The translations under genes were made by a program, and so were the position numbers. From NCBI GenBank assembly GCA_035326105.1, contig DAOKYO010000001.1, positions 200,405 through 264,404 of the forward strand: a stretch of 64,000 nucleotides of DNA, written 5' to 3'. This document shows, piece by piece, positions 63,197 to 64,000 of the stretch; the stretch's first letter is position 1, and the number at the start of each line of letters is the position of its first letter. Under the pieces are notes generated by a model. The model saw only the letters and a program-made list of their open reading frames with translations. It had not been told where the DNA came from and searched no databases. This stretch comes from Bacilli bacterium. GTDB lineage: Bacteria > Bacillota_I > Bacilli_A > RFN20 > CAG-826.

Positions 63197-63276
63197 CTTA
63201 CATTTGTACCCGATATTCAATACTCTTATTCTACCATAATTAAGTGTTGATTGATACAGTCTTTATTATATAAAGA

Positions 63277-64000
63277 CTAGTTTTTTAGACGCTTTTTTAA
63301 TTCGTTAACAGCTAAAGAAAAATCGCTATTACTTTTCAACTGTTTTTCCACTTTTTCAATAGCGTTTATCACCGTCGAATGATCTTTACCCCCAAATGAT
63401 TGACCAATCTTTTGAAAAGGGACATCAAGCAAGCTTCTAATCAGGTACATTGATATATGTCTAGCCATAGCAATTTGGCTGGTCCGACTACGTCCGATAA
63501 GTTGGGCGGGAGTTAAGTTGTAGTAATCAGCTACCGTATTAATTACCTTAGTTTCGCTCAGTTTTGTTTTTGCATCGCTGACGTTAATAAGCGACTGGAC
63601 GGATTCTAAAGCGACATCCATGGTAATTTGACTGGTTTCTTTGATGTTAATAATGTAAAAAAGAAGGCGATTTAACGCTCCTTCTAATTCCCGAATGTTG
63701 GATGAAAATTTTTCGGCAAAAAAGCGTATAACTTCGGGATCAAAACGATTAAGATCCAAACCGTTTGCCTCAATTTTCTTTTTAAGAATCTCCTGTGACG
63801 TGCTTAAATCAGGTTGCGAGATATTGATTGCAAGCCCACTACCGAAACGAGATACAAGCCTTGATTCAAGACCTTTTAATTCACTTGGATGCCGATCACT
63901 TGTCAAAACAATCTGCTTATCGGAATTTACTAGTGCGTTAAAAATATGGAAAAACATTTCCTCAGTTTTTGTTTTATCGGCTAAGAACTGAATATCATCA
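63277..64000 (-). CDS. dnaA: Chromosomal replication initiator DnaA (C-terminal ~240 aa; continues beyond the window)
   Basis: Domain IV LIGRSRTSQIAMARHISMYLIRSLLDVPFQKIGQSFGGKDHSTVINAIEKVE. The frame stays open to the window edge (..DDIQFLADKTKTEEMFFHIFNAL). Confidence 0.9.
   Translation of the reverse strand, partial: DDIQFLADKTKTEEMFFHIFNALVNSDKQIVLTSDRHPSELKGLESRLVSRFGSGLAINISQPDLSTSQEILKKKIEANGLDLNRFDPEVIRFFAEKFSSNIRELEGALNRLLFYIINIKETSQITMDVALESVQSLINVSDAKTKLSETKVINTVADYYNLTPAQLIGRSRTSQIAMARHISMYLIRSLLDVPFQKIGQSFGGKDHSTVINAIEKVEKQLKSNSDFSLAVNELKKRLKN

Overview
This is a low-GC Firmicutes-type chromosomal segment, standard genetic code (TGA is used as a stop), lying immediately next to the replication origin. 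The right end carries the canonical dnaA-dnaN-yaaA-recF-gyrB-gyrA block on the minus strand. The dnaA-dnaN spacer contains a recognisable core origin: two DnaA boxes, a GC cluster, then DnaA-trios leading into an AT-rich stretch. Moving left there are further Bacillus-like housekeeping blocks: pth-mfd-S4 protein-tilS, ftsH-dusB-lysS, rpsF-ssb-rpsR, and gdpP-rplI-dnaB(dnaC)-yycJ-rlmH. These are interrupted by accessory material: (1) a large wall-anchored S8 subtilase inserted between tilS and ftsH; (2) a DUF368 + PAP2 pair; (3) a TetR-regulated heterodimeric ABC exporter whose second gene has an in-frame TAA in its signature motif; (4) a frameshifted ABC-2 ATPase next to a 581-aa permease; (5) a four-gene sugar catabolic operon (mutarotase-like, FucI-like isomerase, FGGY kinase, class II aldolase) with a divergent PocR/AraC regulator; (6) a complete nine-gene V-type ATPase operon ending in a translationally coupled signal peptidase I; (7) an EAL c-di-GMP phosphodiesterase gene preceded by two perfect palindromes; (8) an orphan serine recombinase with two small membrane ORFs; (9) a three-component sugar sensor (AraC-type response regulator, histidine kinase, sensor binding protein) upstream of an Mgl-like ABC importer whose permease carries a ~290-aa coiled-coil N-terminal extension. 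I saw no rRNA, tRNA or CRISPR. All calls come from reading the translations and the DNA by eye; no database searches were run.
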